This document shows, piece by piece, positions 9,317 through 19,474 of a stretch of 64,000 bases of DNA (position 1 is its first letter; each line of letters starts with the position of its first letter). The stretch lies in the NCBI GenBank assembly GCA_051252135.1, contig JBPOGH010000001.1:544001-608000 (forward strand), read 5' to 3'. Made by a program: the position numbers and the translations under genes. The stretch is from Verrucomicrobiaceae bacterium (GTDB lineage: Bacteria; Verrucomicrobiota; Verrucomicrobiia; Verrucomicrobiales; Akkermansiaceae). The notes beneath the pieces are model-generated. The model saw only the letters and a program-made list of their open reading frames with translations. It searched no databases and had not been told where the DNA came from.

Positions 9317-11104
9317 ATGCCGTCTCCATCTGCTTCCGCGCCCGCGGATTCGTCCTCCGACCTTCGTAATGCTGTCATCCGCCTCGCTGGAAATTCCCAG
9401 GACGGAATTCAGTCCATTGGTGCCTTTTTAGGCCAACTCGCAGGCTCGACCGCCCAGGAGGTCATGACTTACATGACCATCCCCTCCACCATCTCGGGAG
9501 GCCCTTCCATCTTCCAGGTCCACCTTGGCTCCGGCGACGTCCTCCACCCCGGAGACGAAGCCGATACCCTCGTCGCCTTCTACCAGCACTCCTACGACAA
9601 CCACCTCCACACCGTGCGCGACGGCGGCATTTGTTTCTACGACTCCGATCAGGTCGAGGAAATCAAGGAAGAGCGCGGCATCACCCATGTGGGCGTCCCC
9701 TTCACCTCCGCCACCATCGAGGCCATCGGTGGCACCGCCAAATCACGCGGTAAGAACATCTTCGTCCTCGGACTTTTGTGCTCCATTTACCGGCTCGACC
9801 GCGAGCGCATGACCGAAATCATCACCGGAAAGTTTGGCAAAAAATCGGAAGACGTCCTCCGCAACGCCATGCTCGCCTTCGATGCCGGATACGCCTGGCC
9901 CATCCATGACATCGAGCACATGCCCATGGCCCCCGGTGAGAACGAAGGAGACAAGCGCCTCTCCACCGATGGCAACACCGTCCTCGCCCTCGGCCTCATC
10001 GCCGGCGGCGTCCGCTTCGGTGCCGGCTACCCCATCACCCCCTGGACCACCATCATGGAGTTCCTCCGCTCCGAACTTCCGAAATACAACGGAATGTTCA
10101 TCCAGTGTGAGGACGAACTGGCCGCCGTCTCCCTTGCCATCGGCGCCTCCTACTCCGGCCACCTCGCCATCACCGGTTCATCCGGCCCCGGCCTCGCTCT
10201 TAAGGCAGAAGCCATCGGCTACGCCTGCATGGCCGAAATGCCTCTCATCGTCGTCAACATCCAGCGTGGCGGCCCTTCCACCGGCCTCCCGACTTCCGTC
10301 GAGCAATCCGACCTCATGCAAGCCATCTACGGCTCCCACGGTGACGCCCCTCGCGTCGTCATCGCTCCCAAGGATGTCGAAGATTGCTTCTACACCGCCA
10401 TCGAGGCCTGCCGCATCGCACGAGAATACTCCACTCCCGTGATCATCCTCTCCGATCAGGCCATCGCCACCCGCCTCGAAGCCTTCGAAGAGCCTGATCT
10501 CACAAAACACTGGATCGAACCGACTCTCGACCTCTCCGAGCGCGGAGCCGACTTCAAGCCCTACCCCCTCGACAAACTCACCCAGCACGCCGCTCCCGGA
10601 TCACGGATGACCGAAGAAAAATATCCCGTCGTCACCGGCCTCGAGCACGACGAATGGGGCCACCCTTCCGGCAACCCCGAGAACCACGAAAAGATGACCG
10701 CCAAGCGCCGCGACAAGCTCGTCAGGCTGGCCGAAAGCTACGACCCCACCACCATTGATGGAGACTCCTCTGGCTCACTCCTGATCGTCGGTTGGGGCTC
10801 CACCTACGGCCCCATCAAGGAAGCAACCCAACGACTCAACGCCGAAGGGCACAAGGTCGGCGCCGTTCACCTGCGCCACGTCCACCCGCTCCCCACCGAC
10901 CTCGAGGACATCTTCTCCAAATACGATCACATCCTCGTCCCGGAAATGAACGATTCCGGACTCTACGGATACGGCCAACTGGCCACCCTCCTCCGCGCCA
11001 AGACCTGCAATGCCGGCATCAAGTCCCTCAACAAAGTCCAAGGCATCAGCTTCCGCGTCCGCGAAATCGTAGTGGCTGCCGAAAAGCTCATCGCCTCCAA
11101 ATAA
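9317..11104 (+). CDS. korA: 2-oxoacid:ferredoxin oxidoreductase alpha subunit (gamma-alpha fusion)
   Basis: GYPITP, QCEDELAA, GSSGPG, QRGGPSTGLPT, GLEHDE, VGWGSTYG. Substrate specificity not determinable. Confidence 0.92.
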   Translation: MPSPSASAPADSSSDLRNAVIRLAGNSQDGIQSIGAFLGQLAGSTAQEVMTYMTIPSTISGGPSIFQVHLGSGDVLHPGDEADTLVAFYQHSYDNHLHTVRDGGICFYDSDQVEEIKEERGITHVGVPFTSATIEAIGGTAKSRGKNIFVLGLLCSIYRLDRERMTEIITGKFGKKSEDVLRNAMLAFDAGYAWPIHDIEHMPMAPGENEGDKRLSTDGNTVLALGLIAGGVRFGAGYPITPWTTIMEFLRSELPKYNGMFIQCEDELAAVSLAIGASYSGHLAITGSSGPGLALKAEAIGYACMAEMPLIVVNIQRGGPSTGLPTSVEQSDLMQAIYGSHGDAPRVVIAPKDVEDCFYTAIEACRIAREYSTPVIILSDQAIATRLEAFEEPDLTKHWIEPTLDLSERGADFKPYPLDKLTQHAAPGSRMTEEKYPVVTGLEHDEWGHPSGNPENHEKMTAKRRDKLVRLAESYDPTTIDGDSSGSLLIVGWGSTYGPIKEATQRLNAEGHKVGAVHLRHVHPLPTDLEDIFSKYDHILVPEMNDSGLYGYGQLATLLRAKTCNAGIKSLNKVQGISFRVREIVVAAEKLIASK

Positions 11105-11123
11105 TTCCCAACTCTCCACTCCC

Positions 11124-12023
11124 ATGTCCGACCTCACCTCTGCCGCTCCCGCTGAAAAGCTGACCAAAAAACAGCTCAAAGCCGATCACCCCACCTGGTG
11201 CCCCGCTTGTGGCGACTTCGCCGTTCTCGCCTCCTTCTTCAACGTCGTCCAAAAGCTGGGTATCCCCCACGAAAAAATCTGCGTCGTCGCCGGCATCGGT
11301 TGCTCCTCCCGCTTCCCCTACTTCGTCAACGCACACGGCATCCACTTCATCCACGGTCGCGCCCTTCCCTTGGCAACCGGCATCTCCCTTTCCCGCCCCG
11401 ACCTCCACGTCTTCGTCTTCGGGGGCGATGGCGATGGCTTCTCCATCGGAGGCAACCACCTCAACCACGCCGCGCGGAAGAACGTCAATCTCTCCTACGT
11501 CGTCATGGACAACTTCGTCTATGGCCTCACCAAGAACCAGACCTCTCCCACCACCCCGCTCGGTCGCAAATCCAAGACCGATCCCCGTGGTGCCATCGAC
11601 CGCCCCATCAACCCCATGGCCCAACTCGTTGCCAGTGGTGCCACCTTCATCGCCCGCACCCATGCTGCCCAGGTGAAGCACATGAACGAAATGTTCGAGC
11701 GCGCCATCCTCCATCCCGGCTTCGCCGTCGTGGAAACCCTCTCCGAGTGCACCATGTTCTACCCGGGAGCCTTCGATGACAGCAACCCGCGCAAAGGAGG
11801 CACCTTCGACCTCGTCGATGAAGAAACCCAGGACCTCGAGTCCGTCGCCGCGGCCATGGACCTCAGCCAAGACCTCAATCCTGGAAAATTCGGCGTCTAC
11901 CTCGAAAAAAACCGCCCCACCAAGAACGAGCTCGAGCGTGAATGGCTCGCCGATGCCCAATCGAAAGTCAAGGGCCTCTCCGAACAGGATATCCTCCGCC
12001 AACGCTTCGCCTCGATGCGCTAG
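11124..12023 (+). CDS. korB: 2-oxoacid:ferredoxin oxidoreductase beta subunit (TPP-binding)
   Basis: WCPACGD, GIGCSSR, HGRALP, GGDGD...GGNH, DNFVYGLTKNQTSPTT. Confidence 0.92.
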   Translation: MSDLTSAAPAEKLTKKQLKADHPTWCPACGDFAVLASFFNVVQKLGIPHEKICVVAGIGCSSRFPYFVNAHGIHFIHGRALPLATGISLSRPDLHVFVFGGDGDGFSIGGNHLNHAARKNVNLSYVVMDNFVYGLTKNQTSPTTPLGRKSKTDPRGAIDRPINPMAQLVASGATFIARTHAAQVKHMNEMFERAILHPGFAVVETLSECTMFYPGAFDDSNPRKGGTFDLVDEETQDLESVAAAMDLSQDLNPGKFGVYLEKNRPTKNELEREWLADAQSKVKGLSEQDILRQRFASMR

Positions 12024-12209
12024 TTTTCTGGTCTCGCAGCCCCAATCAAACACCACTCATTCCACGGAAGAAGAGTCGTTACTTTTATTTCCGGGGCCCG
12101 GGTGTCATTCCCCCGGACCCATCGGGTTTCACCTCGGGATAATCCGAAGCAAGTTCGTTTCCCTTCATCCTCACTTGCAGTCCTGCCCGCCATCACCTAA
12201 GTCATCAGC

Positions 12210-13631
12210 ATGTTCTCGAACCTCGCTGACAGCCTCGACAAAACCTTCCGCAATCTCCGGGGCGTTGGGAAAATCTCCGAAAAGAATATCGCCGATGCCC
12301 TCCGCGAGGTCCGTCTCTCCTTGCTTGAGGCCGATGTCGAACTCGGAGTGGTTAAGAATTTCATCGCCAATGTCAGCATCAAGGCCCAAGGGGCCGAAGT
12401 CCTGAAGTCAGTTAAGCCCGGCGAGCAGATCGTCAAAATCTTCCAGGACGAGCTCACCGCCCTCCTTGGCGGCGACCAGTCGCCCATCAACCTCAACCCT
12501 CCGGGCTACGTTCTCATTTGCGGTCTCAACGGTGCCGGTAAGACCACCACCGCCGCCAAACTCGCCCTCCGCCTTAAAAAAGAAGGCCGCCGCCCCCTCC
12601 TGGTCGCCTGTGACCTTTACCGACCCGCAGCCATCGACCAACTCGCCAAACTGGCCGAACAGGTTGATGTCCCCTGCTACACCCCCGACCCTTCGGAGAA
12701 AAATCTCGTCAAGGTTGCCAAGGATGCCCTCAAGTGGGCCAAAACTGAAAATGGCACAGTTGTCATTTTCGATACCGCAGGTCGTCAGGAGCTCGACGAA
12801 GCCCTCCTCGACGAGCTCAAGAAACTCCACAGTTTCCTCAACCCCGGAGAAACCCTCCTCGTCGCAGACTCTGCCACCGGCCAACAAGCGGTGTCAGTTG
12901 CTCAAACCTTCGACGAAAAGATCGGCATCACCGGCCTCATTCTGACCAAGCTTGACGGAGACGCCCGCGGAGGTGCCGCCCTCTCCATGCGCGCTGTCAC
13001 CGGCAAGCCCATCAAATACATCGGTGAAGGCGAAAAGATGGAGGATCTCGCCGAGTTCCACCCCAACCGCATGGCCGACCGGATCCTCGGCATGGGAGAT
13101 GTCGTCTCCATGGTCGAGCAGGTTGCCGACAAGATTGACGAGGAACAGGCCATGAAGTCCGCCAAGCGGATGCAGTCGGGCAAATTTGATTTCAACGACT
13201 TCCTGGATCAAATGAAAATGCTCCAGAATCTCGGCCCCCTCGAAGGCCTGATGGGAATGCTCCCCGGATTCAGCAAAATCAAAAAACAACTCCCCACCGG
13301 AGCACTCGATAGCAAACGAATGAAGCACATGGAGGCCATCGTTCTCTCCATGACTCCCCAGGAACGCGCCCGCCCCATCATCATCAAGCCGGGAAGAAGG
13401 CGTCGTCTCGCCAAGGGCTCTGGCACCTCACTCATTCAGGTCAACCAGCTCCTCAAGCAGTTCGGCATGATGCAGAAAATGATGAAGTCGAAGGGCAAGA
13501 TGAAGGGCATGATGCAGCAACTCGGCGGCATGGGCGGACCGGGCGGAGGCGGAATGCCCGACATGGACGGTCTCGAAGACCTCCTCGGTGGCGGAAAAGG
13601 CGGAAAAGGCGGTCCAAAACTCCCTTTTTAA
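12210..13631 (+). CDS. ffh: Signal recognition particle protein
   Basis: LLEADV, GLNGAGKTT, DTAGR, TKLDGDARGGAALS, ILGMGD, Met/Gly-rich M domain. Confidence 0.98.
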   Translation: MFSNLADSLDKTFRNLRGVGKISEKNIADALREVRLSLLEADVELGVVKNFIANVSIKAQGAEVLKSVKPGEQIVKIFQDELTALLGGDQSPINLNPPGYVLICGLNGAGKTTTAAKLALRLKKEGRRPLLVACDLYRPAAIDQLAKLAEQVDVPCYTPDPSEKNLVKVAKDALKWAKTENGTVVIFDTAGRQELDEALLDELKKLHSFLNPGETLLVADSATGQQAVSVAQTFDEKIGITGLILTKLDGDARGGAALSMRAVTGKPIKYIGEGEKMEDLAEFHPNRMADRILGMGDVVSMVEQVADKIDEEQAMKSAKRMQSGKFDFNDFLDQMKMLQNLGPLEGLMGMLPGFSKIKKQLPTGALDSKRMKHMEAIVLSMTPQERARPIIIKPGRRRRLAKGSGTSLIQVNQLLKQFGMMQKMMKSKGKMKGMMQQLGGMGGPGGGGMPDMDGLEDLLGGGKGGKGGPKLPF

Positions 13632-13676
13632 AATAGAACTCGCTCCAATTTACCTAAAACTTTAGCTTCAACCGCA

Positions 13677-13982
13677 ATGGAACAGATCACGGCCCAACTT
13701 AAGGACTTTCTTCAATACATCGCTCTTCAGTTCATCAAAGAGCCCAAGCTTGCCGAACTCCGGATCGGTCACTCTGGTGACAAAAAAGTCAATTTTCGTC
13801 TCGTCCTCACCCAGCCGGATGTGGCGATTCTCATCGGCAGGCAGGGGTTCACCGCCTCCACCATCCGCAGCCTCTTAAAGGCCGCTGCCGAGCGCGAAGG
13901 TGTCCAGGTCAACCTCCGCATCCATTCCCATGAGGAGGAGCAGCAATACATCGCTGCCGCCGAAGCAAAGGAAATGGAGTAA
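13677..13982 (+). CDS. khpA: KH-domain RNA-binding protein (KhpA/YlqC-like)
   Basis: DVAILIGRQGFTASTIRSLL KH GxxG loop; position downstream of ffh. Confidence 0.8.
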   Translation: MEQITAQLKDFLQYIALQFIKEPKLAELRIGHSGDKKVNFRLVLTQPDVAILIGRQGFTASTIRSLLKAAAEREGVQVNLRIHSHEEEQQYIAAAEAKEME

Positions 13983-14005
13983 TCCACTGCCTGGTAACCT
14001 CTTTG

Positions 14006-14037
14006 AACCATCCAACTTCGAGTTGGGTGGTTTTTTT
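14006..14037 (+). terminator. Rho-independent terminator after ffh-khpA
   Basis: AACCATCCAACT-TCG-AGTTGGGTGGTT followed by a T run. Confidence 0.85.
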
Positions 14038-14220
14038 GTAACTTGGTTGCAGCTCGTTCCGTCACCCTATTTTAGGGATTGCCATCCCCTAAAAAGGGAA
14101 GGCTAAATGGACCGTCCTGTCCTCCTCGGCTAAAGATGAAAATCTTTGCCAGCTCTCACGATTTTCTCATGTGAGCTCGTGGACATTACTTCCCCAACCC
14201 CAAAACCTACATATCCCCAA

Positions 14221-17200
14221 ATGTGGCATTCTCGTCATCTCCTCGTTCTTGCTCTCATCTCGATTCTTAATCCGGCAGCCTCTGGCCAAGTCCGGATCAA
14301 CGAATTGATGGCGTCAAACACCAGGTCCTTTCCTGATATCATCGATTTCGAGGACTACCCGGATTGGATTGAGCTCCACAATCCGGATGTCGCCGCAGTA
14401 AGCCTCGACGGCTATTTCCTCAGTGATAACCCGGCAGACCCGTTCAAATGGCGCATTCCCGCCGGGGCCTCCATCCCCGCAGGAGGCTATCTGCTTTTCA
14501 TGGCCGATGGTCACGATGCCGCTCCCGGGGAAACCCACCCCAGGGGATATTGGCCATGGCGAAATTTTACCACCGAACGCTACCACACCAACTTTTCGCT
14601 CAGCGCTGACGGTGAGTCGGTCGTTCTCACCCAAACCACCGGTTCCAATACCACCCCCCTCATTGCAACTGGCTCGACCTGGAAGTATCTCGACAACGGG
14701 TCGGATCAATCAACACAATGGCGGGCTCGCGTCTTTGACGACACCTCCTGGGCCTCGGGCCCGGCTGCTCTGGGCTATGGTGACTCTCCCGTTACGGAGA
14801 TTTCTTTCGGTGGCAATAGCAACCAAAAGCACATCACCACCTACTACCGCCACACCTTCAACGTCGCCGATCCTTCAATTTACCAGACCCTCGCTCTCGC
14901 CCTGCAAGTCGACGATGGTGCGGTAATCTATCTCAACGGAGCTGAAATCGTCCGGGATAACCTCCCCACCACCGGAACCATCATCTACACCACCCGTGCC
15001 GAAGAAGCGATCGGTGGTTCTGATGAAAGCGATTTCACCACCTTCAATCTCTCAGCCTCAGGCTTGGTCGCCGGTGACAATGTGATCGCGGTAGAGGTTC
15101 ATCAGTCCTCTCAAACCAGCTCCGACACCCGATTTGACATGTCTCTGGAAGCCACCGCCTACACCGGACCCTCCATTGTCGACTCCATCACCTACACCAC
15201 GCAAGTGACCGATGTCTCCTACGGGCGCGACCTGACCACGCCGACCATTTGGAAACAATTTGCCGAATCCACCCCGGGCGCCGCCAACATCACCGCCGCG
15301 GTGACCGACGTCCGCTTGTCCAGCGGCAAGGCCTCCATCTCTCCGAATGCCGGATTCTATTCCAGTGAACAAACCATCACCCTCACCACAAGCGCAGGCG
15401 ATCTCTACTACACCCTGGACGGAAGCAATCCCACCACCTCATCCACGCTCTACACGGCCCCGTTTGCTGTGAGCTCCACCACCGTGGTGCGGGCCCGGGT
15501 TTTTGAAACCGGAAAAGTCCCCGGCCCCATCCTCACCAGCACCTACTTCTTCGGAGAATCCTTCAATGGCCTCCCCATCGTCTCCGCGGTCGCAGATCCC
15601 GAAACTCTTTTTGGTGATGAAATCGGGATTTACGATAATGACCATGAACTCATCACCTCGGGAATGAATGAAGTCTACAAGGGAAAGGACGCTCCCGGAC
15701 ACATCCAATATTTCCCCACCGACAGCAGCAGTGGCTTCCAGGTCAATGGCGGCTTCCGCATCGGCGGCGAGAACAACTGGGGCTCCCATGAACAAAAAGC
15801 CCTCAATTTCACTCTTCGTGGAAAATACGGTGATGACGCCATTAAATACGACCTCTTCCCCGGCAGTAACATCCCCGTCCACACCGCCATCGCCTTCCGG
15901 GAGGGCGGCGATGATTGGGATGATGCCATGCTCCGCGACCCCATGTGGAACACCATCGCAGAAGGCTACATCAATGCGGAAACCAATGCCTCCACCCCTT
16001 GTGTCGTCTTCCTGAACGGCGAATACTGGGGCGTTTACAACATCCGCTCCCGCTGGGACGAACAATGGCTCTTCGAGCACCATGGCGTCGATAATGGCGA
16101 ATACTCCCACCTCGGATACGGGCATTTCACCAGCTCCTCCACAACCCTCGGCGCTCACAATGGCGACACCGCCGAATGGCTCGACCTGCTCCAGTTTATC
16201 GACGCCAACGACATCAACGATCCCGCCAACTGGGCCTTCGTCGAGTCCCGGGTCGACATTGACAGCTTCATCGATTTCATCGTTTCCGAGAGCTTCGCAA
16301 ACAACTCCAGTTGGAGCCATAACCGCGAGTTTTGGAAAGCCGACAAACCCGGAAGCAAATGGCGGTGGTTCCTCCCGGACATGGACCGCACCTTCAAGCT
16401 CTCCGAGATCAACAGCAACCGCTTTGGCGACATTCTCAATGATGACGCGCTTCTCGACCGCATCAAAAACCAACCCACCTTCAAAGCCCGCCTCGCCCAG
16501 CGCTACTCCGCCCACATCGAATCCACTTTTGACGCGACCAGAATCGCCAACATCGTCGACACCCTGGGTGCAGTCATCACACCCGAACTGGCCCGCCACA
16601 AAGCCAAATGGTCAGGCAGTATCGATGCCGCCCAACAAGCCATCGACCTCCAGGAAATCAAAGACTACGCAACGCAAAGAAAGCCCGGCGTCCATGATGA
16701 AATCTCGGCCGAACTTGGCCTCGACCCCTATGTCATTGTCACCCTCGCTGTCACCGGATCCGGCTCCTTCTCCTTCGAGGGAATCCCCGTCGAACCGGGT
16801 AACATGAGAATCTTCCCCAACCTTGACGCATCCATCGAAGCCATCCCCGCCCCCGGCTACGTCTTCGATTCCTGGAGCGGGCTCGCCGGAGGTGCTGCCA
16901 CCACTCTCAACATCGCAGGCGCTGAAACAATCACCGCCAACTTCATCCCTGCGGGCGGCACCGTCACCGGAGGCACTCTCGCCACCAACACCACCTTCAA
17001 CGCCGCCGGTTCCCCCTATCACATCGACACCGACCTCATCGTCCCCACCGGAGTCACCCTCACCATCGGCCCCGATGTCATTCTCGAAATGACCGCCGGA
17101 CGCAACATCCGCGTCATGGGCACTCTCGATATCCAGGGAGCACTGGGTCAGGAAGTCACCATCCGCGGTCGCAATGGAGTCACCTGGGGCGGCCTCTCGT

Positions 17201-19431
17201 TCGAGGAACCCACCACCACCTCCACCCTCGCGCACCTCATCGTTCGCAATGCCTCACGCGGAAAGGAACCCACCATCTATCCCGCCGGAATCGCAGGCCT
17301 CAATGCCACTGTCGAAATCGACTTCCTCGACATCGCCGAAGGACGCGGCCCCCTCTTCTTCCGCGGCGGTTCCACTATCCTCAGCGATAGCCACGTCCAC
17401 ATTCCCATCACCGGAGATGGCATCAACATCAAGGGCGGCTACGCCGAAACCCACCGCACCATTTTCCTAGGAAACAACTCGGTCGACACCGACGCCATTG
17501 ACTACGACGGTGTTACCAATGGCATCATCAAGGACTGTCGCATCTACAACTTCCGCGGCTTCAACAGCGATGGCATCGATACCGGAGAGCAGTGTGTCGA
17601 TGTCCTCATCGAGGGCAATGCCATCTACTACAACTCGGACAAAGGAGTCTCCGTAGGCCAGGGATCGACGGTCATCATGAGGAACAACCTGATCGTCGGT
17701 TGCCCCCAGGGTGCCGGAGTAAAAGATTTCGGTTCCACCCTCATTGCCGACCAAAACACCTTTGTCGGCTGCGCCGAGGCCATCACGTCCTTTGAAAAGA
17801 ATTTCGGAAAAGGCGGAGGGGATGTCACCGTCACCAACTGCATCTTTTCCGAGTGTGATATCCCCGTCGGCTCCGATTCGTTCTCCACGCTCACCACTTC
17901 CTACAGCTTGAGTGACACCACCGCCCTGCTTGGACTCGCCAACCTGAATACCGACCCCATGTTCGTCGATCCCGTTGCCTTGAATTTTGAACTTCTGCCC
18001 GGCTCTCCCGCCAAAGATTCCGGTGATCCTTCCCACGATCCCGATCCTGACTCCACTCAGGCCGATCGAGGGGCCCTCTACCTCTACAACCCGAACGATT
18101 ACCCCTTCACCATCGAAGAAACGGTGGTCGTAAACGAGATTCTGGCCAACTCGGGCGCCAACCCTGATTGGATCGAAATCTACAACCGCTCCTCCTCTCC
18201 CGTAAATATCGGCGGGTGGTTCCTCAGTGATAGCGGAACGAATCTCGCAAAATACCGCATCCCCGCAGGCACCATCATCCCGGGAAATGGCTACCTCATT
18301 TTCTATGAGGACGCCAACTTCGGCGCCGGAAGCACAGACCCCAACCGCATCACCGGATTCGGCCTCAGCGACGATGGCGAAACCGTCTACCTCTCCTCCG
18401 CCACCAACGACACCCTCACCGATTACCGGTTCAAGGAAGACTTTGGGGCATCACTGGAAGGCACCACCCTTGGTTATTACTACAAGCCAAGTTCCGGCAA
18501 CTACAACTTCATCGCCCTTCAGGAACCCACCCAGGCTGCCGCGAACGCCGCTCCCTCGGTAGGTCCCATCGTCATCTCGGAAATCATGTACAATCCGGCT
18601 GGAGCAGGCTCATCCGAGTACATCGAACTCCTCAACGTGAGCTCCTCCCCCGTCACCCTGTTCGATTCAACCACCGGAAAGGCATGGCAATTCACCGATG
18701 GCATCGAATACGAATTCCCCGCTTTCTCCCCTCTCGTAATGAACCCCGGCCAGCGCATCATTCTCACCCGCAGCGTCACCGCCTTTAATGCAGAGTTCTC
18801 CCCTCCTCCGGGAACCCAGGTCATCGAATGGATCACCGGCAAACTTTCCGGCGGCGGAGAAACCCTTCAGATCGCCCAACCCGGACCCGTCAACGCTCTC
18901 AACGAAGTCCAATATGTCCGCGTCGATCGCGTAAAATACGACAACAACTCGCCTTGGCCCACCTCTCCCGATGGCTCCGGACCCTCTCTCACCAAAATTG
19001 CCGAAAATCAGTATGGCAATGATTACCTCAACTGGACTGCCGCCACCGCAAGTCCGGGTGACACCGCTCCGGGAACCGGATATGACGACTGGGCCACTTC
19101 CAATGGCATCACCGATCCCCTCCTCGATAACGATGGAGACGGAATCTCAAATCTCGCTGAATACGCCATGGGGACCGATCCCAACCTCCACGGCCCCCTC
19201 GCACCCCTTACAATCTCCGGAAATGGAGGGAGCATCACCGCCTCCTTCGGGGTCAACATAACCCGTCCGGATGTGAACCTTGTCCTCGAATCGTCCGGTG
19301 ACCTCTCGACTTGGACCCCGGTCAACTCCCCTCCTCTTTCAATAAGCGGTGACATGCAAATGCACGCCGTGAGCAGACCAAGGACCGAAGACCACTTATT
19401 CTACCGCTTGGGAATTTCCCTCAAACCCTAA
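14221..19431 (+). CDS. Large secreted multidomain protein: lamin-tail (with jelly-roll insert), CHB_HEX_C/Fn3-like, CotH kinase-like, B-repeat, right-handed beta-helix, two lamin-tail domains, C-terminal module
   Basis: Signal peptide from ATG 14221 (MWHSRHLLVLALISILNPAASG|Q); INELMASN/DWIELHN; YYTLDGSNPT; VFLNGEYWGVYN, WRWFLPDMD; DAIDYD/NSDGID/DKGVSVG; DNDGDGISNLAEYAMGTDP...FYRL. Confidence 0.85.
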   Translation: MWHSRHLLVLALISILNPAASGQVRINELMASNTRSFPDIIDFEDYPDWIELHNPDVAAVSLDGYFLSDNPADPFKWRIPAGASIPAGGYLLFMADGHDAAPGETHPRGYWPWRNFTTERYHTNFSLSADGESVVLTQTTGSNTTPLIATGSTWKYLDNGSDQSTQWRARVFDDTSWASGPAALGYGDSPVTEISFGGNSNQKHITTYYRHTFNVADPSIYQTLALALQVDDGAVIYLNGAEIVRDNLPTTGTIIYTTRAEEAIGGSDESDFTTFNLSASGLVAGDNVIAVEVHQSSQTSSDTRFDMSLEATAYTGPSIVDSITYTTQVTDVSYGRDLTTPTIWKQFAESTPGAANITAAVTDVRLSSGKASISPNAGFYSSEQTITLTTSAGDLYYTLDGSNPTTSSTLYTAPFAVSSTTVVRARVFETGKVPGPILTSTYFFGESFNGLPIVSAVADPETLFGDEIGIYDNDHELITSGMNEVYKGKDAPGHIQYFPTDSSSGFQVNGGFRIGGENNWGSHEQKALNFTLRGKYGDDAIKYDLFPGSNIPVHTAIAFREGGDDWDDAMLRDPMWNTIAEGYINAETNASTPCVVFLNGEYWGVYNIRSRWDEQWLFEHHGVDNGEYSHLGYGHFTSSSTTLGAHNGDTAEWLDLLQFIDANDINDPANWAFVESRVDIDSFIDFIVSESFANNSSWSHNREFWKADKPGSKWRWFLPDMDRTFKLSEINSNRFGDILNDDALLDRIKNQPTFKARLAQRYSAHIESTFDATRIANIVDTLGAVITPELARHKAKWSGSIDAAQQAIDLQEIKDYATQRKPGVHDEISAELGLDPYVIVTLAVTGSGSFSFEGIPVEPGNMRIFPNLDASIEAIPAPGYVFDSWSGLAGGAATTLNIAGAETITANFIPAGGTVTGGTLATNTTFNAAGSPYHIDTDLIVPTGVTLTIGPDVILEMTAGRNIRVMGTLDIQGALGQEVTIRGRNGVTWGGLSFEEPTTTSTLAHLIVRNASRGKEPTIYPAGIAGLNATVEIDFLDIAEGRGPLFFRGGSTILSDSHVHIPITGDGINIKGGYAETHRTIFLGNNSVDTDAIDYDGVTNGIIKDCRIYNFRGFNSDGIDTGEQCVDVLIEGNAIYYNSDKGVSVGQGSTVIMRNNLIVGCPQGAGVKDFGSTLIADQNTFVGCAEAITSFEKNFGKGGGDVTVTNCIFSECDIPVGSDSFSTLTTSYSLSDTTALLGLANLNTDPMFVDPVALNFELLPGSPAKDSGDPSHDPDPDSTQADRGALYLYNPNDYPFTIEETVVVNEILANSGANPDWIEIYNRSSSPVNIGGWFLSDSGTNLAKYRIPAGTIIPGNGYLIFYEDANFGAGSTDPNRITGFGLSDDGETVYLSSATNDTLTDYRFKEDFGASLEGTTLGYYYKPSSGNYNFIALQEPTQAAANAAPSVGPIVISEIMYNPAGAGSSEYIELLNVSSSPVTLFDSTTGKAWQFTDGIEYEFPAFSPLVMNPGQRIILTRSVTAFNAEFSPPPGTQVIEWITGKLSGGGETLQIAQPGPVNALNEVQYVRVDRVKYDNNSPWPTSPDGSGPSLTKIAENQYGNDYLNWTAATASPGDTAPGTGYDDWATSNGITDPLLDNDGDGISNLAEYAMGTDPNLHGPLAPLTISGNGGSITASFGVNITRPDVNLVLESSGDLSTWTPVNSPPLSISGDMQMHAVSRPRTEDHLFYRLGISLKP

Positions 19432-19439
19432 CTGCTAGT

Positions 19440-19455
19440 TTGACGAAATCGTCAA
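19440..19455. promoter_or_regulatory. Perfect 7-2-7 palindrome between the two CotH paralogues
   Basis: TTGACGA-AA-TCGTCAA, containing a TTGACG -35-like hexamer. Confidence 0.4.
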
Positions 19456-19474
19456 CCGGCAACAACTTACTACC

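Noticed and set aside
12024..12209. Possible SRP RNA upstream of ffh (GC-rich hairpin near 12090-12125)
   Set aside because: No recognisable SRP domain IV motif; more likely a terminator-like hairpin after korB.
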